A stretch of 40,739 bases of DNA from Clostridia bacterium (GCA_017620115.1 JAFZRB010000053.1:1-40739), one strand, 5' to 3'. Counted from the stretch's first letter, positions 27,530 through 36,517 are shown. Numbers and translations are program-made. Notes: generated by a model from the letters alone, not told the origin.

Positions 27530-27772
27530 AGAACAAGACCTCTTTTCATCGCCGCGTTTCCATTTGGTTTGACGTATATAATTCGACAAAGTTCATCATT
27601 GTCCTTTTTCATACATGTAAAAAGAAGGCGAACGCGCAAACGCCGCCGGAAACGCCGTAATGCCGGGGAAGTCTGCGCGCCCGTTTCTTTTTTTCATGCA
27701 AAACCGTATAATCGCCGCGCATTCGGTCCATGCTTGGCTTATAGGAATTCCTGTCAAATAGGAGGCAGAACT

Positions 27773-28318
27773 GTGAAAAGACGTCGAATTCTCGCGTGGC
27801 TGGCGCTGACAGCGGCCGGAATGCTGCTGAACATGCCGAAAACCCTCTCCGATACCCCCTGCAACGCCTATATCCGCCTGCATGTAGCAGCCAACAGCGA
27901 CAGCGCGTGGGATCAGGGCGTGAAGCTGGCCGTGCGCGACGCCGTGCGCGCGGAGGCCGCGGCCCTGCTGGCCGGCTGCGAAACAACGGAGGATGCCTGG
28001 CCGCTGCTGCAGGACAGCGCAGGCCAGATCGAAGAAGCGGCCCGCGCCGCGCTGCTCGAATGGGATCCGGACTGCGCGGCGTCCGTCTCAGCCGGCGTGT
28101 ATCCGTTTCCAGAGCGGGTTTATGACGGCGTGACGCTGCCCGCGGGCGAGTACCGGGCGATTCGCGTTTCGCTTGGCAAAGGAGAGGGCAAAAACTGGTG
28201 GTGCGTGCTGTTCCCTTCGCTTTGCCTGCCCGCGGGCGGCGACGGCGGGGAAACGGTCGTGTTTTACTCCGCCCTGGGCCGCTGGCTCGCGGGGCTGTTC
28301 GGGAGGGATGCCGCATGA
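27773..28318 (+). CDS. spoIIR: Stage II sporulation protein R
   Basis: GTG at 27773 lies 7 nt after GGAGG. IRLHVAANSDSAWDQGVKLAVRDAV...LPAGEYRAIRVSLGKGEGKNWWCVLFPSLC matches the SpoIIR signature. It is embedded in a longer artefactual track ORF (26972-28318). Confidence 0.9.
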   Translation: MKRRRILAWLALTAAGMLLNMPKTLSDTPCNAYIRLHVAANSDSAWDQGVKLAVRDAVRAEAAALLAGCETTEDAWPLLQDSAGQIEEAARAALLEWDPDCAASVSAGVYPFPERVYDGVTLPAGEYRAIRVSLGKGEGKNWWCVLFPSLCLPAGGDGGETVVFYSALGRWLAGLFGRDAA

Positions 28319-29004
28319 ACAGGCGCTCGATACTGGCGCTGACGGCGCTGATTTCAGCCGCGCTGGCCCTCTCCCTCTCTGTCCTGTTTCCGGCAAGCGC
28401 CGCGGTCGTGCTCGAGGTGGGCTCCAGCGGCAGCAACGTCGCGAAAGTACAGCAGCGTCTGATTCAATTCGGCTACCTGAAGGGCGAGGCGGACGGACGC
28501 TACGGCGAAGCGACGCGGGACGCCGTTATACTGTTTCAGAAGCGCAACGGCCTGACGGTGGACGGCCGCGTGGGCGCGAGCACGGCGGCGGCGCTGGGCG
28601 TAACGCTGTCCTCGTCCTCGAGCGCAGCGGTATCGGCAACGGCGTCGGTATCGTCCGATCAGTATCTGCTCGCGCGGCTGGTGTACGCCGAGGCGCGCGG
28701 CGAATCATACAAGGGCAAGGTCGCCGTGGCGGCTGTCGTGCTGAACCGGGTGTCCTCCGCCTCGTTTCCGAACACCATTTCGGGCGTCATCTACCAGAAA
28801 GGCGCGTTTGAGTCGGTCAGCAACGGTTCCATCAACCTCACGCCGGACAGCGATTCCATCCGGGCCGCCAGGGAAGCCATGAACGGATGGGATCCGACCG
28901 GAGGATGCCTCTACTTTTACAACGCCCGCACCGTCTCCTCGTCGTCGTGGATACTGTCCCGCACCGTCAAAACCGTCATCGGCAGCCACTCCTTCGCCAC
29001 CTGA
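28315..29004 (+). CDS. sleB: Spore cortex-lytic enzyme SleB (PG-binding domain plus Hydrolase_2 domain)
   Basis: Signal peptide; VAKVQQRLIQFGYLKGEADGRYGEATRDAVILFQKRNGLTVDG; LARLVYAEARGESYKGKVAVAAVVLNRV...GVIYQKGAFE. Its ATG overlaps the spoIIR stop (ATGA). Confidence 0.9.
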   Translation: MNRRSILALTALISAALALSLSVLFPASAAVVLEVGSSGSNVAKVQQRLIQFGYLKGEADGRYGEATRDAVILFQKRNGLTVDGRVGASTAAALGVTLSSSSSAAVSATASVSSDQYLLARLVYAEARGESYKGKVAVAAVVLNRVSSASFPNTISGVIYQKGAFESVSNGSINLTPDSDSIRAAREAMNGWDPTGGCLYFYNARTVSSSSWILSRTVKTVIGSHSFAT

Positions 29005-29045
29005 CAGGGGCGTAATACCGAATCGAGCTATCCGGGAGGTCTTTT

Positions 29046-30371
29046 ATGAAGCTGTTCGTCACGCGCCGTCGGGCGCTGCAAACGACGGCCGCCGCGCTGG
29101 CGGCGCTGCTCGTCGCCTTCGTCATCTATTCGCGGGCGCAGGCCGGGAAGATCAACGCGCTGCAAACCAGCATCAGCGCGTCGTATGAGCGCGCGTTCTA
29201 CGAGACGGCGTCGCTGCTGAACAACATCGAGGTGAATCTGGAAAAGGCGCAGGTCACGGGCAGCGGCGCGCGGCGGGTTTCGCTGCTCGGCCAGATCGGC
29301 CGCGACGCCGCGAGCGCGCAGAGCAATCTGACCGCCCTTCCCGCGTCGATGGCGGCCATATCGGAATCGCTGAAATTCGTCAATCAGGTCGGCGACATCG
29401 CCGCCACATTGAGCGAACGGCCGAACGGCGATCTCTCCGAAGAGGAGATCGAGCTGCTCGCCAGGCTGCACGGCAGCTGCGTGAATTTAAACAACCTCAT
29501 CGACGGCATCGTGTCCGATATCGAGGGAGGACTGAATCCGCTGGCGAAAGCCGCGGCGGGCGCGCCGGTCATGGCGGCGGAAAACGTCGAGCTGCAGGAA
29601 ACGGAAATCGACTACCCCATCCTGCTCTATGACGGCCCCTTCTCCGACGGCCGGGGCGACGCGGTGTTCCGGGCGCTGAGCGGCGATGATATCGGCGCGG
29701 ACGAGGCGCTGCGAATCGCGCGCAGATTCATCGGCGAGGATCGCATTTCCGGCGCGTGGATCGCCGGCGAAAGCGAGATTCCCATGCCCTGTTATGAGAT
29801 CAGCGCATACACCGGCGACGGGCTGCTTTCGCTGGCAGTGTCGAAGCAGGGCGGGCATGCCGTCTATATGATGGTAGACGGCGCGGCCCGGGAACGCCTG
29901 CACTCCCAGGCCTCCCTCATCGACATGGCGGCGTCGTTTCTGAAAAGCCGCGGTTATCCGCCCGTCGAAGTGAGCTACTGGATGACCTTCGACGGGTATC
30001 TCACCGTCAATTTTGCCGCCGTACAGGATGGCGTGCTGCTCTACCCCGATCTGATCAAGGTGCAGATGAGCATGGAGAGCGGCCTGCCCGTAGGGCTGGA
30101 GGCCGTCAATTACCTCGCCAACCATGCCGAGCGCCGCCTGCCGGAGCCGAAGCTTGACGAAAATGAGGCCCGCGAAAGACTCAATTCAGCGCTTACGGCG
30201 GAACGCGGCAGGCTGTGCGTCATCCCGCTGAACAATGGCGAGGCGTTCTGCTGGGAATTCTCCGCCTCGGCGGACGGAGCGCGTTATCTCGTCTACATCG
30301 ACGCGATGACAGGCGAGGAGCGCAATATCTACCGCGTGGTGGAAGATGAAAACGGCCAGCTGGTCATCTGA
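29046..30371 (+). CDS. ypeB: Germination protein YpeB (SleB partner; PepSY-type C-terminal repeats)
   Basis: N-terminal anchor, the SYERAFYETASLLNNIEVNLEKAQV region, position immediately after sleB, 441 aa. Confidence 0.85.
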   Translation: MKLFVTRRRALQTTAAALAALLVAFVIYSRAQAGKINALQTSISASYERAFYETASLLNNIEVNLEKAQVTGSGARRVSLLGQIGRDAASAQSNLTALPASMAAISESLKFVNQVGDIAATLSERPNGDLSEEEIELLARLHGSCVNLNNLIDGIVSDIEGGLNPLAKAAAGAPVMAAENVELQETEIDYPILLYDGPFSDGRGDAVFRALSGDDIGADEALRIARRFIGEDRISGAWIAGESEIPMPCYEISAYTGDGLLSLAVSKQGGHAVYMMVDGAARERLHSQASLIDMAASFLKSRGYPPVEVSYWMTFDGYLTVNFAAVQDGVLLYPDLIKVQMSMESGLPVGLEAVNYLANHAERRLPEPKLDENEARERLNSALTAERGRLCVIPLNNGEAFCWEFSASADGARYLVYIDAMTGEERNIYRVVEDENGQLVI

Positions 30372-30411
30372 TCGATCAGCGCGCTCATGAATCGCGGCGC
30401 AGCCCGTTGGA

Positions 30412-30495
30412 AGTACATATGTTCGGAATTTTACATGGCGTTCGGTTGATTTTTCCGCGCGTTGTGCTATAATCAATATATCGAACATATGTTCT
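30412..30495 (+). promoter_or_regulatory. SOS-type promoter: two LexA (Cheo) boxes flanking an extended -10 sigma-A promoter
   Basis: Box 1 is AGTACATATGTTCG (30412-30425), with one mismatch. The -35 is TTGATT (30446-30451) and the extended -10 is TGCTATAAT (30465-30473). Box 2 is CGAACATATGTTCT (30482-30495), a perfect GAAC-N4-GTTC overlapping the predicted transcription start. Confidence 0.75.
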
Positions 30496-30519
30496 TATCC
30501 CGAGCGGAGGCGATGTATC

Positions 30520-31812
30520 ATGACAGTCATGGAAAAGCTCAGCATACTGACCGACGCCGCCAAGTACGACGCGGCCTGCACGTCCAGCGGCGTCGGGCGC
30601 GCCGCGAAAGCGGGCGGCATCGGCAATTCCATGGCCTGCGGCATCTGCCACAGTTTTTCCGCGGATGGGCGATGCATATCGCTTTTGAAGGTGCTCATGA
30701 GCAACTCCTGCGCCTATGACTGCTCCTACTGCGTCAATCGCCGCTCGAACGACACGCCGCGCGCCACCTTCACCCCGCGCGAGCTGGCCGAGCTCACCAT
30801 GGCCTTCTACCGGCGCAACTACATCGAAGGGCTTTTCCTCAGCTCCGGCGTGCTCAAAAGCCCAGACCGCACCATGGAGCTGATGATCAGAACGCTCGAA
30901 CTCCTGCGCGGCGAATACCGTTTCGGCGGCTATATCCACGCCAAGGCCATTCCCGGCACGGACGAGCGGCTCGTGCGCCGGCTGGGGCAGCTGGCCGACC
31001 GCATGAGCGTCAACCTCGAACTGCCTTCCGGGCAGAGCCTCACGCTGCTCGCGCCGGACAAGAGCCGCGAGGCTGTGCTGCGCCCGATGAACCAGATCGC
31101 GCAGGGCATCCGGCAGACGCAGAACGAGCTGACCGTCTACCGCCACACGCCGCGGTTCGTGCCCGCCGGGCAGAGCACGCAGATGATCGTGGGCGCCTCG
31201 CCTGAAACCGACCGGCAGATACTCACGCTCACGGCCGCGCTGTACAAACAATACGGTCTGAAGCGCGTGTTCTTCTCGGCCTACATGCCCGTCGTGGCCG
31301 ACAGCCGGCTGCCCGCGCTCAACACGCGGCCGCCGCTGCTGCGCGAGCACAGGCTCTATCAGGCCGACTGGCTGCTGCGCTATTACGGCTTTTCCGTCGG
31401 GGAGATCCTGGATGAGCGCCAGCCCAACTTCCATCCCCTGCTCGATCCGAAATGCAACTGGGCGGTCAACCATCCCGAATTCTTCCCGGTGGAGGTCAAC
31501 CGTGCGGACTACGAAGCGCTGCTGCGCGTGCCGGGCATCGGCGTCACCAGCGCGCGGCGCATCCTGCAGGCCAGGCGCGGCGGCCCGCTCACAGCCGAGG
31601 GCCTCCGGCGGCTGGGCGTGGTCATGAAGCGCGCGCAGTACTTCCTCACGGCCGGCGGCCATATGCCCGCGCGCGCCTCGCTCAACCGGGCGCAGCTCAT
31701 CGGCGCGCTGGCGGCCGAACGGGGCATGCGCCTTCCGGAAAACGCGCGCCAGCTCTCCTTTTTCGACACGACGGAGGAGGATCTTTCAAAATGCCTGACA
31801 GGACAAATCTGA
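30520..31812 (+). CDS. Putative DNA modification/repair radical SAM protein (TIGR03916-like) with C-terminal helix-hairpin-helix
   Basis: CAYDCSYCVNR is a CxxxCxxC radical SAM motif. The C-terminus LLRVPGIGVTSARRILQARR is an HhH motif. The gene is paired with a DUF4130 gene, as this family always is. Confidence 0.9.
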   Translation: MTVMEKLSILTDAAKYDAACTSSGVGRAAKAGGIGNSMACGICHSFSADGRCISLLKVLMSNSCAYDCSYCVNRRSNDTPRATFTPRELAELTMAFYRRNYIEGLFLSSGVLKSPDRTMELMIRTLELLRGEYRFGGYIHAKAIPGTDERLVRRLGQLADRMSVNLELPSGQSLTLLAPDKSREAVLRPMNQIAQGIRQTQNELTVYRHTPRFVPAGQSTQMIVGASPETDRQILTLTAALYKQYGLKRVFFSAYMPVVADSRLPALNTRPPLLREHRLYQADWLLRYYGFSVGEILDERQPNFHPLLDPKCNWAVNHPEFFPVEVNRADYEALLRVPGIGVTSARRILQARRGGPLTAEGLRRLGVVMKRAQYFLTAGGHMPARASLNRAQLIGALAAERGMRLPENARQLSFFDTTEEDLSKCLTGQI

Positions 31813-32606
31813 TCTACCTTTACGACGGCAGCTTCGACGGGCTGCTCTCCTGCGTGTTTGAGAGCTATGCGCGGCACGAGCTGCCGGACGCCATCCTCTC
31901 CCCCGACGACGCGCAGACCATGCTGTTTGAATCGCGCCGCGTGGAGACGGACTATGCGAAATCCGAACGGGTTTTGCGCGGCATACAAATGAAGATTTCG
32001 CCCGAGGCGGCCGATTTCATCCGCATGGCGCACCTGAGCTGCGTCTTTGAGCGCGACCGGCGCATACTGATCTTCCTGAAGCTGGGTTTCTCCGTTGGCC
32101 CCGGCGTCATGAACAGGCTGGCCGACGCGCGCGTAAACGCGCTGATGAGCGGCGTGAGATACCTCGAGCGCGAGGCGCATCACTACATGGGCTTCGTGCG
32201 GTTCACGGAGATCGACGGCGTGCTGGCCTCGGTCATCCAGCCGAAGAACCGCGTGCTTCCCCTGCTCGACCCGCATTTTTCCGACCGCTTCAACGCCGAG
32301 CGCTTCATCATCCACGACGCCGCGCACCATTGCGCGCTGATGCACATGCCGGGCTGCAGCCGCATCGTGCCGATGGACGGGCTGCGCATGACGGCGTCCA
32401 GCCCGCGCGAGCTGCAAATACAGGCGCTGTGGCGCAAATTCCACCAGACCGTCGCCATCGAGGGGCGGCTGAATCCGCAGCTTCAAAGAAGCAACATGCC
32501 GCTGCGTTTCAGGCCGGAGATGACAGAATTTCAGGCGGAGCAATCCGTTGGAAGGGAGTTTGAGTATCATGAGGAAAGTGCCTGTCGGCGTCTTGGCGCA
32601 GTTTGA
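31791..32606 (+). CDS. DUF4130 / TIGR03915-family probable DNA metabolism protein (partner of the radical SAM protein)
   Basis: MPDRTNLIYLYDGSFDGLLSCVFESY...HHYMGFVRFTE...ERFIIHD. ATG at 31791 overlaps the radical SAM gene by 22 nt. The track ORF start at 31452 is over-extended. Confidence 0.85.
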   Translation: MPDRTNLIYLYDGSFDGLLSCVFESYARHELPDAILSPDDAQTMLFESRRVETDYAKSERVLRGIQMKISPEAADFIRMAHLSCVFERDRRILIFLKLGFSVGPGVMNRLADARVNALMSGVRYLEREAHHYMGFVRFTEIDGVLASVIQPKNRVLPLLDPHFSDRFNAERFIIHDAAHHCALMHMPGCSRIVPMDGLRMTASSPRELQIQALWRKFHQTVAIEGRLNPQLQRSNMPLRFRPEMTEFQAEQSVGREFEYHEESACRRLGAV

Positions 32607-32793
32607 CGCGGAGGGACGGCTGCTGCCCGTATCCGTAACATGGGAGAATGGGCGCGTCTACAGCATCGACCGCGTGCTGGGCATGCGCGTATCGCGCGCC
32701 AACAGCGAGAACCGCCGCTACGACGTGGTCATCCGCACAAAACCCGCTTATCTCTACCGCAGCGGCGACCGCTGGTACATGGAAGCCGATTAG
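32569..32793 (+). CDS. Small hypothetical protein (74 aa), third gene of the SOS-box operon
   Basis: ATG at 32569 follows GGAAGGGAG. It overlaps the DUF4130 gene end by 38 nt, and a strong terminator follows. I recognise no family. Confidence 0.5.
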   Translation: MRKVPVGVLAQFDAEGRLLPVSVTWENGRVYSIDRVLGMRVSRANSENRRYDVVIRTKPAYLYRSGDRWYMEAD

Positions 32794-32814
32794 GTCCTGC
32801 GCCCCGTCGGACAT

Positions 32815-32871
32815 AACAAAACCCCGTCCCGGCCGCTTTCGCGCTCTGGGATGAGGTTTTGTTGTTTTTTT
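32815..32871. terminator. Long-stem terminator between convergent genes
   Basis: AACAAAACCCCGTCCC (32815-32830) pairs with GGGATGAGGTTTTGTT (32848-32863), followed by GTTTTTTTT. Confidence 0.75.
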
Positions 32872-32894
32872 CAAACTGCGTCTGGAAGGGGTTC

Positions 32895-33557
32895 TCAAAA
32901 CCTGACGCACGCCAGAACAAGGCTCACCGCGGCGAAGAACACGCCCGTCGCCTGATTTGAGAAGATCGCCCAGTCCGTCGGCTCGCCGCCGCGCACGCTG
33001 AACTTGTGCTGAACGCGCCATGCGCTCTCCGGGAAGCACAGCATCGCGAGGCCCAGCAGCGCAATGCTGGCCATCAGGATATTCTTTCCGACATACCGCC
33101 AGACGGGATTGCCGCTCTCCAGATAGGCCTGCATTTTCCCAAACAGGTCGAACTCCGCTCGCTGGAGCTCCGTCATGCCGTCGCTCGCCGTTTGCCCGTC
33201 CGCCGTCACGGCAAAGAGCGATACCGACGCCTCCGAGCCGTCGCTGAACGTGTAGACATACGCGAAATCGCTTTCGTCGAAGCGCCGCCGGATCACCAGA
33301 TCCCCATACGTCAACTCGCCCTCCCGGCCGACTGTCGGTATTCTGCCCGGCCCGGTAAGCACCGCCTCACGGCCCAATGCGTCCGCCATGACGGCGCGGT
33401 TCTCTTCGATGCGCCGGAGCGCCAGCCGTTCGCCGCCGAATGAATAATGCGTCATCGACCAGCCAGCCAGCGCGGTGATCAGCGCCAACGCCGCCAGCGC
33501 GCAGGAGGCCGCCCATTTGAACGCGGTCCGGTCGTGATCGCGAATGAAACGGAACAT
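32895..33557 (-). CDS. Hypothetical membrane protein
   Basis: ATG at 33557 follows AGGGGA. It has an N-terminal TM segment (AASCALAALALITALAGW) and C-terminal TM segments. No family recognised. Confidence 0.5.
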   Translation of the reverse strand: MFRFIRDHDRTAFKWAASCALAALALITALAGWSMTHYSFGGERLALRRIEENRAVMADALGREAVLTGPGRIPTVGREGELTYGDLVIRRRFDESDFAYVYTFSDGSEASVSLFAVTADGQTASDGMTELQRAEFDLFGKMQAYLESGNPVWRYVGKNILMASIALLGLAMLCFPESAWRVQHKFSVRGGEPTDWAIFSNQATGVFFAAVSLVLACVRF

Positions 33558-33648
33558 CCGATCATCCCCTTTCTGGGGAGAGCGTATCACATACCGCGCC
33601 GCGCATCAAGCCGTTCCGCTCCAAAACCGCCTTTTCGCGTCTGAATTG

Positions 33649-34470
33649 TCAGCCGTCTATCTTCGCCATGAGCCATGCGGCCAGCGCGCCGGCGGCAAAG
33701 GGGATGAGGTATACAAGGCTTCTCCATGCCAGCGCCACATGGGGCAGGGATGAAATCATCGAGCCGATCATCAGCCCGATCACAAGGCAGTATGTGGGGC
33801 CGGGGTACTTCTTGATGAGCATCCGCATGAGACCGATCAGCGACACCGCCGCGATCAGCGCGCCCAGGCCCGCCCACAGCAGCAGCCCGACGTTCAGCGT
33901 CGTGAGCGCGGCCATCATCGGGCCGTACCAGCCCAGCCTGAACAGGATGAACGAGGTGGAAAACCCCGGCAGGATGGACCCCGCCGTGAGGATCGCGCCG
34001 GTGACGGCCGATTGCAGCGGCCCAACCGCCGCCTCCGCCGCGCCGCCGGGCTCACGTTCGACGAGCAGCAGCAGAAGGCTCAGCGCCAGTCCCGCCGCCG
34101 TCGCGATGAAATGCCTTCTCTTCAGGCCGCCGCTGGCCGCCTTCGCTTCGCGGACGAGCGCCGGCATGGAGCCCGCGATCAGCCCGCAGAACAGGAAAAT
34201 CAGCGGCGTTTCGTATTTGACCATCACGCGGTTGAGGATGACCGCCACGCCGTACAGCCCGACGAGGCTGCCCAGTCCTACGGGCAGCAGCAACCTGAGA
34301 TTCTCCTCCACGTTTTTGAAAAAGGTGGCGACGGCGTCCAGGATCGGGCCGTACAGGCCGAAAGCCACGGCCAGCACGCTGCCGCTCACGCCGGGCAGTA
34401 TGCCGCCCACGCCGATCATCGCGCCCGCCAGGAAGCGCTTTATATAGTGTTCGATCACGCTTTTGTCCAT
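33649..34470 (-). CDS. DUF368-family membrane protein (PopT-like polyprenyl-phosphate transporter family)
   Basis: GGILPGVSGSVLAVAFGLY and a second ILPGFSTSFIL repeat are characteristic of DUF368. ATG at 34470; the track start is over-extended. Confidence 0.8.
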   Translation of the reverse strand: MDKSVIEHYIKRFLAGAMIGVGGILPGVSGSVLAVAFGLYGPILDAVATFFKNVEENLRLLLPVGLGSLVGLYGVAVILNRVMVKYETPLIFLFCGLIAGSMPALVREAKAASGGLKRRHFIATAAGLALSLLLLLVEREPGGAAEAAVGPLQSAVTGAILTAGSILPGFSTSFILFRLGWYGPMMAALTTLNVGLLLWAGLGALIAAVSLIGLMRMLIKKYPGPTYCLVIGLMIGSMISSLPHVALAWRSLVYLIPFAAGALAAWLMAKIDG

Positions 34471-34580
34471 GCTTTTCCCCGTTCTTCCCGTTTGTTTCCC
34501 GCCTCCCATTATAAAAGGCGCCGCCGGGAATGTCAACGGATCTCAGACTGTTCTCATGATGATCTTCGGGAATGATAAAG

Positions 34581-34598
34581 TTTGTGCAATTTGTGCAT
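34581..34598 (+). repeat. Tandem direct 9-mer TTTGTGCAA/TTTGTGCAT in the promoter region of the oxidoreductase gene
   Basis: tttgtgcaa (34581-34589) is followed directly by tttgtgcat (34590-34598), about 20 nt upstream of TGCTATAGT, an extended -10 candidate. Confidence 0.4.
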
Positions 34599-34664
34599 TT
34601 CAAAAACGCGCCGCTTCTGCTATAGTAGACGTGGAAACAAAACGTGTGAAAGGGTGACATACCA

Positions 34665-35954
34665 ATGGCAGGCAAGGTTAAAATCGGCGTATTCGGCGCG
34701 TACCGCGGCATGACGATGATCAACGTTCTCCTGAGGCACCCCGACGCGGAACTGGTCGCCATCTGCGACAAGTACCGTCCCGCGCTGGAGAAAGCGGGCA
34801 AGGCCGCCGAGGAGGCGGGTCTGCAGCTGGCGCTGTATGAGAATTTCGAGGATTTCTTCCGGCACGACATGGACGCCGTGGTGCTGGCCAACTACGCCAA
34901 CGAGCACGCTACCTTCGCCATCCGGCTGCTCAGGAGCGGGCGGCACGTGCTCAGCGAGGTGCTGCCCTGCGAAACCATGGCGCAGGCCGTCGAGCTCATC
35001 GAAGCTGTCGAAGAGAGCGGCAAGGTATACGCCTACGCCGAGAACTACTGCTATATGTGGCACACGTTCGAGATGCGCGAGCGTTACGAGCGCGGCGAGA
35101 TCGGCGAAGTGATGTATGCCGAAGGCGAATACATCCACGACTGCTCCGCCATCTGGCCCGGCATCACCTACGGCGAAAAGGATCACTGGCGCAACAATAT
35201 GTTCCCCACATTCTACTGCACGCACTCCATCGGCCCGATGCTCTCCATCACCGGCCGCCGGCCCGTCCAGGTGGTCGGCTTCGTGACGCAGCGCAACGGC
35301 ACCGTGCGCCCGCTGGGGCTCAAGAGCGGGGAGTGCGCGGGCATCGAGCTGGTGACGCTGGACAACGGCGCCATCTGCAAGAGCGTGCACGGCCACCTCA
35401 AGCGCGAACCGGGCAGCATCAATTATGAGATCTACGGCACCAAGGGTTCGATGGAGTCCGAGCGCTTCACGCCCAGCTACGCGCCGGAAGGCCGGGAGCC
35501 CGAGCTGCAGGTCTATCGCGAAGGCGACAAGCTGTGCGTCGGCGAGACCGAGCGCTACCGGCCCGGCACGCCCGCCATCGCCGGCGATATGGCGAAGAAG
35601 TTCACCACCCACGGGGGCAGCGACTTCTACCCCACCCACTTCTTCATCGAGAAGATCCTCGGGAATCCCGACGGCGAGAAATACTCCATCGACGTGTATT
35701 CGGCCGTGGACATGGGCATCTGCGGCATACTGGCCTATCGCTCCATCCTGGCGGGCAACGCGCCCATGCGCGTGCCCAACCTGCGCGACAAGGCGGAGCG
35801 CGACGCCTGGCGCTGCGACAACAAGTGCACCAACCCAGCCGTGGCCCAGGGCGACGACCTGCTCCCCTGCTATCCGGGCGGCAGCATGGAGTATCCCGAC
35901 AGCGTATACGACGAGGTTCGGAAAATCTGGCTCTCCGGCAAGAACGCGGAATAA
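34665..35954 (+). CDS. Gfo/Idh/MocA-family NAD(P)-dependent oxidoreductase
   Basis: VKIGVFGAYRGMT Rossmann start and family-typical length (429 aa), including EGEYIHD. Confidence 0.9.
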   Translation: MAGKVKIGVFGAYRGMTMINVLLRHPDAELVAICDKYRPALEKAGKAAEEAGLQLALYENFEDFFRHDMDAVVLANYANEHATFAIRLLRSGRHVLSEVLPCETMAQAVELIEAVEESGKVYAYAENYCYMWHTFEMRERYERGEIGEVMYAEGEYIHDCSAIWPGITYGEKDHWRNNMFPTFYCTHSIGPMLSITGRRPVQVVGFVTQRNGTVRPLGLKSGECAGIELVTLDNGAICKSVHGHLKREPGSINYEIYGTKGSMESERFTPSYAPEGREPELQVYREGDKLCVGETERYRPGTPAIAGDMAKKFTTHGGSDFYPTHFFIEKILGNPDGEKYSIDVYSAVDMGICGILAYRSILAGNAPMRVPNLRDKAERDAWRCDNKCTNPAVAQGDDLLPCYPGGSMEYPDSVYDEVRKIWLSGKNAE

Positions 35955-35967
35955 CCCGGAACAGGCG

Positions 35968-36005
35968 GCGGGCGCGCATGACTCTCAGATGCCATGCGCG
36001 CCCGC
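35968..36005. terminator. Bidirectional hairpin terminator
   Basis: Perfect 13-bp stem GCGGGCGCGCATG (35968-35980) / CATGCGCGCCCGC (35993-36005), followed by TGTTTC. Confidence 0.75.
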
Positions 36006-36031
36006 TGTTTCAAATGAATTCGTCCGCCGGC

Positions 36032-36517
36032 TCAAACATCCGCCCGATCGTCCGAACGAAATACGCCGGGCTTCCTCTCTCCCGCGCGGCGCAGGCCGCG
36101 CGTCGTGGCCGTGACCACCGCGACCGCCAGCGCGATACCCGCGGAGATCAGCACGGTTTCCACGCCGATCTGCGCGGCTTGATCGTATTCCTCAAGCACC
36201 AGCGACAGCATCGTGCGGTACAGGCCCGCGCCGGGCACCAGCGGCACGATGCCGATCATCGAGAAGATGATCGCCGGAGCCTTCTTGCGCCGCGCCAGCC
36301 ATTCCGACATAAGCGCCACGACCAGCGCGCCGATGAAGCTCGCCCCCACCGTGGAGTTTATCAGCGCCATGCCCGCCAGGTAGCCCGCGTAGCCGGCCAG
36401 TCCCGTAAGCGCGGCGCCCAAAAGACAGTGCCGGGGCGTGTGGAACAGCAGCGCAAAGCACACGCACGCGCCAAAGCTCCCCACGAGGCCCTTCAGAACG
36501 CCGATCACATCAGCCAT
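36032..36517 (-). CDS. Threonine/serine exporter family protein, small subunit (DUF3815)
   Basis: Four-TM hydrophobic protein. ATG at 36517 follows GGGAGGTG and overlaps the upstream gene by 13 nt. This is the classic DUF1212/DUF3815 pair. Confidence 0.8.
   Translation of the reverse strand: MADVIGVLKGLVGSFGACVCFALLFHTPRHCLLGAALTGLAGYAGYLAGMALINSTVGASFIGALVVALMSEWLARRKKAPAIIFSMIGIVPLVPGAGLYRTMLSLVLEEYDQAAQIGVETVLISAGIALAVAVVTATTRGLRRAGERKPGVFRSDDRADV

Noticed and set aside
27590-27705. Possible small RNA or terminator (weak CGGG/CCCG hairpin followed by TTTCTTTTTTT) in the deacetylase/spoIIR intergenic region
   Set aside because: The stem is only about 4 bp and no upstream plus-strand transcription unit exists. 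The T-run is more simply AT-rich promoter DNA between divergent genes.
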